IMG/VR virus record: IMGVR_UViG_3300025571_000012
Span: 1-39,105 of that record
DNA length: 39,105 bases
Source of the DNA: a virus
Taxonomy: Duplodnaviria > Caudoviricetes
Direction: 5' to 3' (one strand)
Both the position numbers and the translations under genes were made by a program. Shown here piece by piece: positions 18,334 to 27,640 of this stretch. Each line of letters opens with the position of its first letter. Position 1 is the stretch's first letter. Below the pieces are notes generated by a model. That model saw only the letters and a program-made list of their open reading frames with translations, did no database searches and was not told the DNA's origin.

Positions 18334-19458
18334 TCAGTGCATTGGTGTCAGCTCGATCAGGGATTTGCCCTGCCGCTTTGCATCCTTTGCTGGGGCCGGG
18401 CCTATCATCAGTCGGCCGATGCTGGACATGACATGCACGTCCTTCAGGTTGACGTTTCCCAGCTCGAAACGGATGGTGATCGAGCGACTGTTGACTTTCT
18501 GGATGCGAGAGCCCCGCTCACCATCCTCAGCCTGGGTGATTATGAACCAGTCGCCCGAACGCTCGCACTTGTAAGTTCCTCCGAGCTGGAAGCCACTCCT
18601 CAACCAGACTGAACGCGCGATGCGGAACTCCGTCTTGCATCGCTCGGGTTTCGTCTTTGTGTGATGGGTCGTGACGCTCACAACCGGCAGGACGCCGGTG
18701 AACTGGTCCTCATCGACCCCAGGTGGCACAGGTTCCTGGGGAGGAGCATCCTGACGTGTTTGAAAGACGGGCTGCTGCTCCAACAGCGTCGAAAGCCGCT
18801 CGATGGAGCGTGTGGCCGTCACCATCCCCGATGCGAGAGCTTCAGTCCCGCGAGCCATGACGGGTGCTATCCGGGAGATGGCCTCGATCTGTTGTCTGCC
18901 GTTGGCCGAAATGTTGGTGAGCTGTTCCAGAACCAGCTCAAGTGCTGCCATGATTTGCCCTAAGGTTCCTGTCATGTCGGCGCGCAGAGCGCGAACATCT
19001 GACTCAATAGTAGCAATTGCTCGAACCAATTCTTCGGTATCGTTCGACTTCCTGACAGGATTCGCTTCGGTCTTCTGCGACAGTTTACCGCTGAATATTC
19101 GCTCAACAGCCGCATCGACCTTCTTCTGCTTTTCCTCGCGCTCCTTTTCAAGCTCTACGACCAAATCGCGCGGCGCCGGGACTTCCTCATTTCCAATCTT
19201 GACCTTGAACCGGTTCGCCAGCTTGTTCTCAGCCGAAACACCAATGCAGCTTGGGCATAAATCGTTCGCCCTGTTTCGCCCTAGCAACCATCCCCATTGC
19301 TTGAGTTTCTTGGCTATTACCTCGTCCGGAATGTTCTTTGCGTAGTCCAGAACCTTTTCATGACCACATTTTGAGCACTTGATTAAAACGTGAAAACGTG
19401 TGTGCGACCCAATTCGCACGGCATGAACATCAAATTGTCTCTGTAGGCGTTCTGGCAT
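18334..19458 (-). CDS. Zinc-ribbon / coiled-coil hypothetical protein
   Basis: CSKC and CPSC pairs followed by a long helical region. Confidence 0.6.
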   Translation of the reverse strand: MPERLQRQFDVHAVRIGSHTRFHVLIKCSKCGHEKVLDYAKNIPDEVIAKKLKQWGWLLGRNRANDLCPSCIGVSAENKLANRFKVKIGNEEVPAPRDLVVELEKEREEKQKKVDAAVERIFSGKLSQKTEANPVRKSNDTEELVRAIATIESDVRALRADMTGTLGQIMAALELVLEQLTNISANGRQQIEAISRIAPVMARGTEALASGMVTATRSIERLSTLLEQQPVFQTRQDAPPQEPVPPGVDEDQFTGVLPVVSVTTHHTKTKPERCKTEFRIARSVWLRSGFQLGGTYKCERSGDWFIITQAEDGERGSRIQKVNSRSITIRFELGNVNLKDVHVMSSIGRLMIGPAPAKDAKRQGKSLIELTPMH

Positions 19459-19769
19459 GGAGAAAAGACGCTACGTTGAAGGACTCAACCGACCCGATTT
19501 TACGCAGATAGGCCATGCAACGAAACCCCTGGGTTCCGGCGCCTACCCCAATGACACGCTCCCTGTCACAGCTTTCTGGCCCACGGTGCCGATGGGATCG
19601 CTCACCATAAATCAAAAAATACTTGTGGTCGATAATGGGGGCACCATCAATGGTATAATATCCCCTGTCGATCGCTTCATGAACCTTGACAAGGCGTGCC
19701 ATACCTTACCCCTCGTTCAAATCAATTTATTTTACTGTACCCCGATGCAATTCTCTGTCAACGAAAAGA

Positions 19770-19775
19770 TAAATA
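19770..19775 (+). promoter_or_regulatory. Late promoter TAAATA, 5 nt before ATG 19781
   Basis: TAAATA-ccagt-ATG. Confidence 0.65.
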
Positions 19776-19780
19776 CCAGT

Positions 19781-20677
19781 ATGACTGACCTTGACCGTAT
19801 TCTTGTCCTCGCAGGACTGAAGCGCCTCGACGAAGGCGTGTCCCTCAATGGCCTAAATGAAACCGTGGCCTTCGCCGTTGCCGTGGGGGAGGCCTATGAA
19901 GCAGCTCCCAAGCACGACCCAGCAGCCGACCGTCACTGGATCGCCCTGAAGCGCCACACCATCGACGTTCTCCTGAAGCGCGTGCAAGGTAGTGGTATCC
20001 GCATCGAATACACCGAAGATGATCCGTATCATGAGTTCGGATCGAGCCCAAAGATGATGATCCGGGCGATGCTTTATGACATTCTCGTCAATAAGCGCCT
20101 TCTCATTTACTCCGGGAATTCGGACGACCACCCGAACTTCTCGCCGGAAGAGAACGTGATATTCCGGACAATCCATGACTATTTCACGCATGGTAAGCTG
20201 CTCTCGACGTTCAAGCGGAACCTCCAGGAAGTACTCCCGAACGTCATGAAGGGAGAGAAACCGACGCCCGAGCAGCTTGCGGCCGCGATGCCACAGATTT
20301 CTCTGACCAAGGGCGGCAACATGGGCCACTCTTTCACGCTCCGTGGTGAGCTGAACGCGGTGTCCGCCCACATTCGTCTCGCTCCCAAGGAAGCGGCCCC
20401 TGCCCTGTTCACCGAGGTGGCTGGTCAGGTCTGCTACTACATGTGCACCGCGCAGTTCCCGCCCCAGAAGGTAGCTGTCCTTCCGGGCTTCGATTTCAAG
20501 AACATTGGCAAGACCCTGCCCGGCTCGGAGGCGGACCGGCGCAAGAAAGAAGTCATGGAAATCCTGGAAAGATCGTCTCCCGAGGATTTCATTGATCTGA
20601 AGATTGCGGCCCGCCCGAAGGTGAAGATCGCTCGCCTTCTCCGGAATGCGAATTCCCACGACCCGTACGGCCGATAA
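19781..20677 (+). CDS. Probable virion head protein of unknown function
   Basis: Start reassigned to 19781 (MTDLDRILVLAGL) after TAAATA; DDHP...FRTIHDYFTH motif. Confidence 0.7.
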   Translation: MTDLDRILVLAGLKRLDEGVSLNGLNETVAFAVAVGEAYEAAPKHDPAADRHWIALKRHTIDVLLKRVQGSGIRIEYTEDDPYHEFGSSPKMMIRAMLYDILVNKRLLIYSGNSDDHPNFSPEENVIFRTIHDYFTHGKLLSTFKRNLQEVLPNVMKGEKPTPEQLAAAMPQISLTKGGNMGHSFTLRGELNAVSAHIRLAPKEAAPALFTEVAGQVCYYMCTAQFPPQKVAVLPGFDFKNIGKTLPGSEADRRKKEVMEILERSSPEDFIDLKIAARPKVKIARLLRNANSHDPYGR

Positions 20678-20715
20678 TCAATTGAAAGGCGAAAGGACGC
20701 CTATCCTTCTGATCC

Positions 20716-20753
20716 AAAAAGAAAAACCCCGCCGGTGAAACGGCGGGGTTCTT
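20716..20753. terminator. Bidirectional intrinsic terminator
   Basis: AACCCCGCCG-gtgaaa-CGGCGGGGTT with A-rich flank, between convergent genes. Confidence 0.8.
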
Positions 20754-20771
20754 CAGTTCTGCCATAGCCAG

Positions 20772-21191
20772 TTACGGATAGCGACGAGTGGAGAGTTCAA
20801 AATGGGGACCGTCAAAAAATTTCTCGTCGCGCCAGTCACCGTTCTGGTTCCAGTCACCACCCCAGCGAATGTCCACGCCAAGTTCCTTCGCGGCCTTGAG
20901 CACGTGCTTGGCAAGCTGCACGTAGTACTTGGTCTCCCAGGTGACCTGGCCGTTCTTCAAGACCCAGAGATCGACGGCCTTTCCGTAGCCGTCCTTGCCA
21001 GGGATGTGGCGCGAATTCAGGGTCTTGGACTTGCCCTGTGCGTAGAGCTGCTTCTGCCTTTCAAGCGTACGCACGCCCTCACCCACCATGAAATCAATGT
21101 CGGTGATCTCGATCGCCCTGCGGACGACGCGGACGAGATCAGGATGGACGCCAACCAGATTGGCCTCAGAACGAGCAGATAATTTGAACAT
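20772..21191 (-). CDS. Endolysin, peptidase M15 (L-Ala-D-Glu peptidase)
   Basis: EGVRT..RQ..LY, SRH, AVD, WGGDW and DGPHFEL motifs; GGAGG RBS; TAAATA at 21220-21225. Confidence 0.9.
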   Translation of the reverse strand: MFKLSARSEANLVGVHPDLVRVVRRAIEITDIDFMVGEGVRTLERQKQLYAQGKSKTLNSRHIPGKDGYGKAVDLWVLKNGQVTWETKYYVQLAKHVLKAAKELGVDIRWGGDWNQNGDWRDEKFFDGPHFELSTRRYP

Positions 21192-21286
21192 GAAAATACC
21201 TCCTGCAATATAGCGCGGGTATTTACCATGCATTCAAGAATGATTTTAGCTTTGTTATATTAGTAAAACAGCCGTTTCCGTTTCAA

Positions 21287-21292
21287 TAAATA
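21287..21292 (+). promoter_or_regulatory. Late promoter TAAATA, 5 nt before ATG 21298
   Basis: TAAATA-tcggc-ATG. Confidence 0.65.
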
Positions 21293-21297
21293 TCGGC

Positions 21298-22665
21298 ATG
21301 ATAAAGGGTCTCGAATATTGGTATGACCGGCAACAGCCACGCTTTCTTGAGCAGATCGTGCGTGGTTTCTCCGGATTTCAGTATAAGACCGGATGGCGAG
21401 AGCTTCCTGATGGAACCCGTCAGCCACCGCAGCTTCGCCAGGTTCCATGCACCATTGCCAACACCGACCGCCTGGTCGCGACCATCCTGCGAAACAATTC
21501 TGAGAACACCCTTCTCACGGTTCCCCGCATCACGGTGTTCCAGACCGGCCTTACGTTCGCGAGAGATCGGCTTCAGCACCCGAACCATGTCGATACACGT
21601 CATGCCGTCGAGCTAGCCATCGATCCCGACACGGGGAAGTACCTCCCCACCAAGGGGAAGAGCTACACGATCGAGCGCATCATGCCCCGGCCATTCAACA
21701 TGACCATCCAGGTGGATATCTGGACCGAGAACCTCGACCAGAAATATCAGCTGGCCGAGCAAATCCTGACGGTCATTGCTCCGGACTTCACGATCCAGAA
21801 CTCTGACAATGCCCTGGACTGGACTGCGAGGACGACCATGCAGCTCGAAGACATCACGTGGTCGTCACGATCGATCCCGATTGGCACGGATGACACCATC
21901 GACATCATGTCCCTGACATTCGTGCTCCCGATCTACCTGTCGCCACCTGCTCGCGTCACCGAGCAGCGGATCATCGAGCAGATCATCGCCAACATTCACG
22001 ATGCACACTCGACTGAGGAGATCGTCAGTGGCGGTCAGATGGATCAGATCGTCGTCACCCCAGGCAATCATTGGCTGCGGGTCGAACAGGGCATTCTCAC
22101 CCTTCTCGGCGAGAAGGCAGGACTCCACGACGCGGAAGGCAACACGTTCTCGTGGCAGAGTCTCATCGACCTGTACGGAACATATCGGCCGACCCAGAGC
22201 AAAATCCGCCTGAAACAGAACCCGGACATGGACGATCACTCTGACGACGTGATCGGAACGTTCTCTTTCATCGACGGAGAACCAAACAAACTCATGTTCC
22301 AGATCGATCCGGAAACGCTTCCGGCCAACACGCTTCCTCCGGTGGATGGCGTGATCAAACCGCTCCTGACATGGCCTGGAAACGGTCTTCCCCCTGCCCT
22401 CGTCGGTCAGAGATATTTGATCTTGCAGGATGTCGCCGGTCCCTCGGAGGCATGGGGTAATCTCCAGGCGCGGGAGAACGACATCATTGAGTTCCGGGAG
22501 AGCGGATGGGTGCGCGCCTTCGAGAGCACGAACCACGCTGTCCGCAAGGAGCAGCACTACGTGCTCAACAACAGCACTGGCAGGCAGCTCCGTTGGACGG
22601 GCTATGACTGGGTCCTGTCGGTCGATGGTGAGTACGCGCCCGGCATGTGGAGAATTGATCTGTGA
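21298..22665 (+). CDS. Tail sheath stabilizer / tail terminator (T4 gp15-like) with C-terminal extension
   Basis: YWYDRQ, VPRI, PRPFNMTIQVDIWT, QLAEQIL and IYLSPPA motifs. Confidence 0.85.
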   Translation: MIKGLEYWYDRQQPRFLEQIVRGFSGFQYKTGWRELPDGTRQPPQLRQVPCTIANTDRLVATILRNNSENTLLTVPRITVFQTGLTFARDRLQHPNHVDTRHAVELAIDPDTGKYLPTKGKSYTIERIMPRPFNMTIQVDIWTENLDQKYQLAEQILTVIAPDFTIQNSDNALDWTARTTMQLEDITWSSRSIPIGTDDTIDIMSLTFVLPIYLSPPARVTEQRIIEQIIANIHDAHSTEEIVSGGQMDQIVVTPGNHWLRVEQGILTLLGEKAGLHDAEGNTFSWQSLIDLYGTYRPTQSKIRLKQNPDMDDHSDDVIGTFSFIDGEPNKLMFQIDPETLPANTLPPVDGVIKPLLTWPGNGLPPALVGQRYLILQDVAGPSEAWGNLQARENDIIEFRESGWVRAFESTNHAVRKEQHYVLNNSTGRQLRWTGYDWVLSVDGEYAPGMWRIDL

Positions 22666-22757
22666 CCTCCTGCGGGACCATTTCTTGGTCTCAATGAACT
22701 TTTGTTCGACAGAACTTTTATCCATGGTAGAATGGAAGTCTACCAAGGAGGAAGAGA

Positions 22758-22916
22758 ATGTCACAAAAGGGGACGACAATTGTCCAGCTTCTCGACAAGG
22801 ACGGGAGACCTTTCATCACCATCAAGAAAATCTCTTCCGACCTGGTGTTGCTTCGTGGTAACGGACGCTCAACAATCCGGTCGATGACCCCAGCGTTGGC
22901 GAAACTGTTCAAATGA
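22758..22916 (+). CDS. Small hypothetical protein (52 aa, below the ORF-track cutoff)
   Basis: AAGGAGG RBS; TGGTAGAAT extended -10 upstream; MSQKGTTIVQLLDKDGRPF...LFK; hairpin immediately after the stop. Confidence 0.65.
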   Translation: MSQKGTTIVQLLDKDGRPFITIKKISSDLVLLRGNGRSTIRSMTPALAKLFK

Positions 22917-22918
22917 AA

Positions 22919-22947
22919 GAGGCCCCTGATTGGGGCCTCGCTCTTTC
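22919..22947 (+). terminator. Hairpin terminator
   Basis: GAGGCCCC-tgatt-GGGGCCTC followed by a pyrimidine run. Confidence 0.6.
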
Positions 22948-23114
22948 TCAAAGGACCTTCCAAAGCGCTTGATAGCGGTATAGCGGGGTGCCTGGATATC
23001 TCATCTCCAAATGGATCGATGAGTAGAGCAGGTCGCGCTCTTTTCTCATCTACGAAAATACGAAACAACCAGTCGTATTTCCCCTTTCTTAGCACTCGCA
23101 TCTGGGGCAAACAC

Positions 23115-23752
23115 AGAAGTCAATTTTGTGTCGGCTCCGCTTTCGACTTCGTCTCAGCGGACCCGACAAATTTTGCTATGTCCTTAGCTCACTTCCGTTC
23201 GCACGGACATAGCAAAATTGGGTTTGACTGAATCAATCTATCGCCATTTTGGTCTATTCAATAGATCGAGGCAGACTTCTAATCCCCCCGCTCCTCGCAG
23301 GGTAGAATAGCCACGTGGAACTACAATGGTGGCGTCCCTACGAGAAGCGGGGAGAAAGGTACGACCGAGGCTATTCAATGAGTCTCGGCAGGGAACCAGC
23401 GACGTACTCCTGTTACCGGAGAGCAGGCGACTGCCCGAAACCTGCTTGTGTTCGCCCCTCTCGACAGCCGTTCCAACAGCTGTCCAGTGGTTACACGGTT
23501 ACCCGTGAGCGCCTCGTCCAAGCCGTTCCTCCTGACCGGGACGAGGTGGGTCGGTATCAAGGTCCAGACAGAGCGACCCTCTTTTGAACGCCTTGATGGG
23601 GATCGGACCCAACGCGAGCAGCGTTCCATCTCGTCGGCTCATCCTGCCTCATGCTGCGCCCCACGCCGGACGTGCTTCATGTTTTTGGCCGGGCCAGCCA
23701 CCAGCACTCAAAAGAGCGGCCCTGGATGTATGCATCACATTTTTTAGTCCAG
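23115..23752. ncRNA. Candidate large structured non-coding RNA (family not recognised)
   Basis: No convincing ORF; more than ten helices, a long-range closing helix and a possible pseudoknot (see findings). Confidence 0.5.
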
Positions 23753-23793
23753 ATCACCCGGAAAAGTCTAAATAAATCGAACCCGTGACGCTG

Positions 23794-25194
23794 TCACATG
23801 AATTCATCGCGCGGGATACGCTCGAATGGCATTCCGGATACTATCTTCTCCGGAATCACTATCGACCCGAAGTTCTTATAATACGTGAAAATCAAGCTCG
23901 CCTCCAGCCGATACGGTCTGGGATCGTAGAAGGCGTCGCAGTCGGCCGTCATGGCCGTCCCGTAGGCAAACTGCATTTTGTAGTGCCCATATGGGAAACC
24001 ACGGATGGTGAACTTCCTTCTCTTCGCGAGGAAAAACTCTGCGATCAGTTTCGTCCCGTCGGCAGTGACAAGCTGTACGATGGTGTCGTCGGAGGCACGG
24101 TTCTCGACCTCCAGGATTGTGTTCGTTCCCGCCTCGATCTGGAAGATGAGTTCACCCCGTCTTGGTCGATCTTTGCAGCGGTCCCGAGGCTCAGCCTTCA
24201 CGTTGGCTCGTACTGCCTGGTCGTTGGATGCCTTGACCTCATTCTTCTGTTCGGTGAATTGCTGAGCGACCTGCACCTGAGGGGCAGTCTTCGGGGTCCG
24301 GCGCTTTTCGAACGCATCCAGGGCCTGAATATAGATGAAGAGCGGCACTGCCATCAGAGCGGCGCCGTGCTTGACTGTGTCGAGGGCCGAAGGGAACCAA
24401 TCTTCAAGTTTGATAGGCTTGATATTGAACGGCTCAAGCCTCCGCACGATGTCCTGTTCGATCGCCTTGGCATAACGACTTTTGGACCTCACGATCTCCT
24501 TGGCGTGAGCAAGCGCGATCTCGTAGGCGCCATGGTAGAACATCACCATGGCGTTGATGAACCAAATCTCCTCATCGAAGTCACGGCGGGCCTTACCAAG
24601 GAACCAGTTGCGCAGGATTGCCTTGACCGTCAGAAACGGCCCCTTTATACCCCACCATCCAAAAAGACCCGTGGCGATGCTGGCCCGGAATGCCCTCTTG
24701 GGGGCGCATGCCCGGCAGATGAACCTGCTCTCTTCCGTGACGTGAGACCACAGACCAAAGCTGTAGACGCGCTGAAACGTGCGCCGCCTCACATTGATAC
24801 ACTTCCCGCAGCATTCGCACGCGACAGGATTGAAGATGAACTCTTCCCATTCGCGGGCGGCCGCTGCTTCCCGTTCCCGCCGCTCTCGCTCACGCCTCTC
24901 CTGTTCGCGCCGCGCATCTTCCTGGTGGCGCTGGGCCTTTTGGGCTCGCTCCCTTTCCCGCTTGGCGCGCTCCTCACTCTCCCTCTGGACACGGTCGTAT
25001 TTCGCACGCCTGTCGGGATCGCGAAGTACTTCGTAGGCCGCATTGATGCGCTTGAGCATCTCCTCTGCGGCCGGGTCCGGATTCAGGTCTGGATGATACT
25101 TCTTGGCGAGGTTGCGGTAGGCTTTCTTAATTTCCTCTGCGGTGGCATTCCGCGCGATTCCGAGAAGCTCATAATAGGCCCATTCCCCGGCCAT
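23794..25194 (-). CDS. J-domain (DnaJ-like) membrane protein
   Basis: YYELLG...[15 protein letters not shown]-domain, charged coiled coil, CECC/CRAC pairs, hydrophobic segments, C-terminal beta domain. Confidence 0.85.
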   Translation of the reverse strand: MAGEWAYYELLGIARNATAEEIKKAYRNLAKKYHPDLNPDPAAEEMLKRINAAYEVLRDPDRRAKYDRVQRESEERAKRERERAQKAQRHQEDARREQERRERERREREAAAAREWEEFIFNPVACECCGKCINVRRRTFQRVYSFGLWSHVTEESRFICRACAPKRAFRASIATGLFGWWGIKGPFLTVKAILRNWFLGKARRDFDEEIWFINAMVMFYHGAYEIALAHAKEIVRSKSRYAKAIEQDIVRRLEPFNIKPIKLEDWFPSALDTVKHGAALMAVPLFIYIQALDAFEKRRTPKTAPQVQVAQQFTEQKNEVKASNDQAVRANVKAEPRDRCKDRPRRGELIFQIEAGTNTILEVENRASDDTIVQLVTADGTKLIAEFFLAKRRKFTIRGFPYGHYKMQFAYGTAMTADCDAFYDPRPYRLEASLIFTYYKNFGSIVIPEKIVSGMPFERIPRDEFM

Positions 25195-25316
25195 TGACGC
25201 CGACCCCGCCCTACGAAATTGGTTTCATTTTCGTTGTCGCTATACCGAAATTGGTTTGGCCGCACAAGCGTCAATGCTCTCTCTTCATAGAAATTGATTT
25301 CGCGCACTGGTTTATG

Positions 25317-25324
25317 TATAAATA
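25317..25324 (+). promoter_or_regulatory. TATAAATA promoter for tRNA-Gly
   Basis: Full T4 late consensus 8 nt before the tRNA. Confidence 0.7.
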
Positions 25325-25332
25325 CCGCTACT

Positions 25333-25406
25333 GCGGGTATAGCTCAATGGTAGAGCCTCTGCCTTCCAAGCAGATGACGAGGGTTCGATTCCCTCTGCCC
25401 GCTCCA
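25333..25406 (+). tRNA. tRNA-Gly(TCC)
   Basis: Complete cloverleaf, anticodon loop CT-TCC-AA, TTCGATT T-loop, encoded CCA. Confidence 0.95.
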
Positions 25407-25422
25407 AATCAAATATTCTTGG

Positions 25423-25489
25423 CGCGGGACGGAGCAGTAGCACTCCGGTATCATTGCCGAGAGACCGAAGGTTCGATCTCCCGCAACCA
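25423..25489 (+). pseudogene. Degenerate initiator tRNA-Met(CAT)-like element
   Basis: CGCGGGA...TCCCGCA-ACCA acceptor with C1xA72 mismatch, CAT loop and GGTTCGAT; D-loop shortened and 3' T-stem strand missing. Confidence 0.6.
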
Positions 25490-25585
25490 GGGTATCCAGC
25501 CCATACCCGCCATTTGTCGCATCCCGCCTCTGTGAGATTGCAAAAACCCCTGTATGTCGTAACTTGCGAACGAATGGGGGACGCT

Positions 25586-26482
25586 ATGCTGGAAGCCAAA
25601 GCAATAGAGTACTTCACACTTCCCGAAGAGACCACCAAGTTCTACGGGATTTTGGTGTTCATAGCCGGTTTCGTGGTTGCAGCGTTGGTCGCGCGGGCAA
25701 AGAAGCGCTCTTTTGAAATCAATAGAGCGCCATTCTTTTTCTACATGTCGTTGATCTATTTTCTGGCTTCCGTTTCGAAAATGGCATGGCTCGGCATGGA
25801 TTCTGCCCTGCGAGGCGGATATCTCTGGACTCTTATTGCCTTCAATGCCGCTTGCATTTTCGCCTCGGGCTACTTCACCAGCGTTCTGGCGATGGCCAGG
25901 TCCCGGAGCGCGTTTGGCAACTCCAAGGGGGCTATCCTTGCGTTTTTCCCCATTATCAATTTCTGGCTCCTGTTCGCCCCGCCGAAGTCTCAGAACGCCA
26001 ACACCCTACCGTCTCCTGCGTATAGTCGAGGAGCGCTCGGAGTCATTTGTGCGTTCGTCCTTATGTTCTGCTCTGTCGTGTTGATCGGGCTCACAGAGAA
26101 GTTTTCAGACAAGGTCTACAGTAATGAGCAGGTCAGCGAGCTTCTCCTTGAAAAGGCAATCAATTCTGAAGGCATCGAAAAGGTATTGCAGCATGTAGCC
26201 GTTGAGGCTCGCAAGACGACACCCAGGAAGGTTGAGGACGGCATTACGCTGGAGACGATCGAAGCTTTTGGCTCGGAACTCCGTCGCACATTCCGAACGG
26301 ACTATCCGACTGTCATCATGACAGAAGAGCTTCGACAGATGATCATCAACGACACTTGCGAGAAAGAGTCCCTATTCAATCTTATGAAGTCCGGGGCGAT
26401 TATTCGCGATGTATTTTTGTCAAAGGACGGCTCCGCGAAGGTGAACGTCACCGTTACGCAGGAACTCTGTCCCGAAAAATGA
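25586..26482 (+). CDS. Multi-pass membrane protein with C-terminal periplasmic domain
   Basis: About five hydrophobic segments; start reassigned to ATG 25586 because the upstream frame overlaps tRNA-like elements. Confidence 0.7.
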   Translation: MLEAKAIEYFTLPEETTKFYGILVFIAGFVVAALVARAKKRSFEINRAPFFFYMSLIYFLASVSKMAWLGMDSALRGGYLWTLIAFNAACIFASGYFTSVLAMARSRSAFGNSKGAILAFFPIINFWLLFAPPKSQNANTLPSPAYSRGALGVICAFVLMFCSVVLIGLTEKFSDKVYSNEQVSELLLEKAINSEGIEKVLQHVAVEARKTTPRKVEDGITLETIEAFGSELRRTFRTDYPTVIMTEELRQMIINDTCEKESLFNLMKSGAIIRDVFLSKDGSAKVNVTVTQELCPEK

Positions 26483-26501
26483 GAACCACACTTCCAGAGC
26501 G

Positions 26502-27047
26502 ATGCGTGTACCGAGGCTTACCGTGTCCGCCCAAATCCGGCAGCTGTCGGCCAAGGGCTATAGCGTGGCTGAGATCGCCCGTGAACTGAACATCCGTTAC
26601 CAACACGCCTATGGCGTTGTGAAATCGCAAGCTCGAACCGCAGTCCCCAAGGAGCCTCTCACGACCGACGTGTTGATCAAGGCCGGGTTCATCAAACATG
26701 GGACCTGGGTTGTCCGGGACGGCGAAATCGCACTCTCCTTGTCAGCGCCGAAGGAAGAAGGCGTTTACGCCTTCGCGCAGGGAGATCAGGTCCGCTACGT
26801 CGGTCTGGCGTCCAACGGATTGGCTCAGCGCCTCTACCAGTACACGCGGCCGGGGCCGACCATGAGGACCAGCATCCGCATCCGGCAGACCATCCTCGAC
26901 AACCATCCGCATGGCGTCCCCGTGGACATCTACCTAGCGTTCCCGGAGGACGCTGACTGGAACGGATTGCCCGTTCACACGGCATCAGGTTTGGAGCTGG
27001 GGATTATCCGAAAGTACCACCTCCCCTGGAACATTCGAGGGGCATAA
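26502..27047 (+). CDS. HTH plus GIY-YIG nuclease
   Basis: N-terminal SVAEIARELNIRYQHAY helix-turn-helix; GVYAF...YVG...L.QRL..Y...E...PWN nuclease motif. Confidence 0.8.
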   Translation: MRVPRLTVSAQIRQLSAKGYSVAEIARELNIRYQHAYGVVKSQARTAVPKEPLTTDVLIKAGFIKHGTWVVRDGEIALSLSAPKEEGVYAFAQGDQVRYVGLASNGLAQRLYQYTRPGPTMRTSIRIRQTILDNHPHGVPVDIYLAFPEDADWNGLPVHTASGLELGIIRKYHLPWNIRGA

Positions 27048-27388
27048 GGTCCGATGAAGTGGTCAAAGGCCATTCTTATCGATCTTGGCCCCTCGATTAA
27101 CGCGACCATGGACCAATAAAAGACTACGTCTGTTTACCTTTTGGGCGCGGCTGAAGGCCACTCACCAGATGGCGGGTTCTCTCGTTGGAATTAGATTGAG
27201 ATTCCCAAAATCCGGACCCGCGCTATCATCGACCTATCCCAGATTCGGGGTGTGAAGGGGGCTTGGGCGTTGCAGAACGGCATGAGACAGAAAAGCCCAA
27301 TCGCGGGGGAAACGCGCTGTTGTCAAAATTATTTCCTCCGTTAGGGGCGGATTGTCCGAACCATGCGCATCTTATACCGGGATAGAAC

Positions 27389-27583
27389 ATGAAAAGACAA
27401 GCCGTGAGAAACAGACTCGGGAAAACTATTGGTTTTATCGAAGATTCAGAACTTAAGATAACGGCACGGGACCAGCTTAATCGGACACTTGGGTATTACG
27501 ACAAGAGAAGCGATAGGACCTATGACCGTTTGGGTCGATCAGTTGCCAACGGCAACGTGCTGATGTCCTTCTTTCAGTTCTGA
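27389..27583 (+). CDS. Small beta-hairpin repeat protein
   Basis: Three repeats of the type RD..G+TLG; terminator downstream. Confidence 0.7.
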   Translation: MKRQAVRNRLGKTIGFIEDSELKITARDQLNRTLGYYDKRSDRTYDRLGRSVANGNVLMSFFQF

Positions 27584-27604
27584 ACAGGCGCCGCCCCCTT
27601 CTCC

Positions 27605-27640
27605 GAAGCCCTCGTGGACAGCTCCACAGAGGGCTTCTTT
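27605..27640 (+). terminator. Intrinsic terminator
   Basis: GAAGCCCTC-GTGGA...TCCAC-a-GAGGGCTTC-TTT. Confidence 0.7.

Noticed and set aside
19457-19780. N-terminal extension of the 406-aa ORF
   Set aside because: TAAATA-N5-ATG at 19781 marks a better start; the upstream part is the divergent promoter region.
22696-22719. LexA box (GAAC-TTTT-GTTC) upstream of the 52-aa ORF
   Set aside because: Matches the Gram-positive consensus rather than the alphaproteobacterial GTTC-N7-GTTC; a single copy may be chance or another operator.
22718-23110. 130-aa minus-strand ORF
   Set aside because: Overlaps the better supported 52-aa plus-strand gene and its terminator; no RBS or motifs.
23605-23640. Group II intron domain V-like hairpin (GAGCCG...) on the minus strand
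   Set aside because: G-G instead of G-U at the triad, wrong position within the structured region, and no reverse transcriptase or interrupted gene.
23785-25197. 470-aa plus-strand ORF and other long antisense ORFs (319-954, 21865-22779, 27915-28787)
   Set aside because: Shadow frames of genes with clear motifs on the opposite strand.
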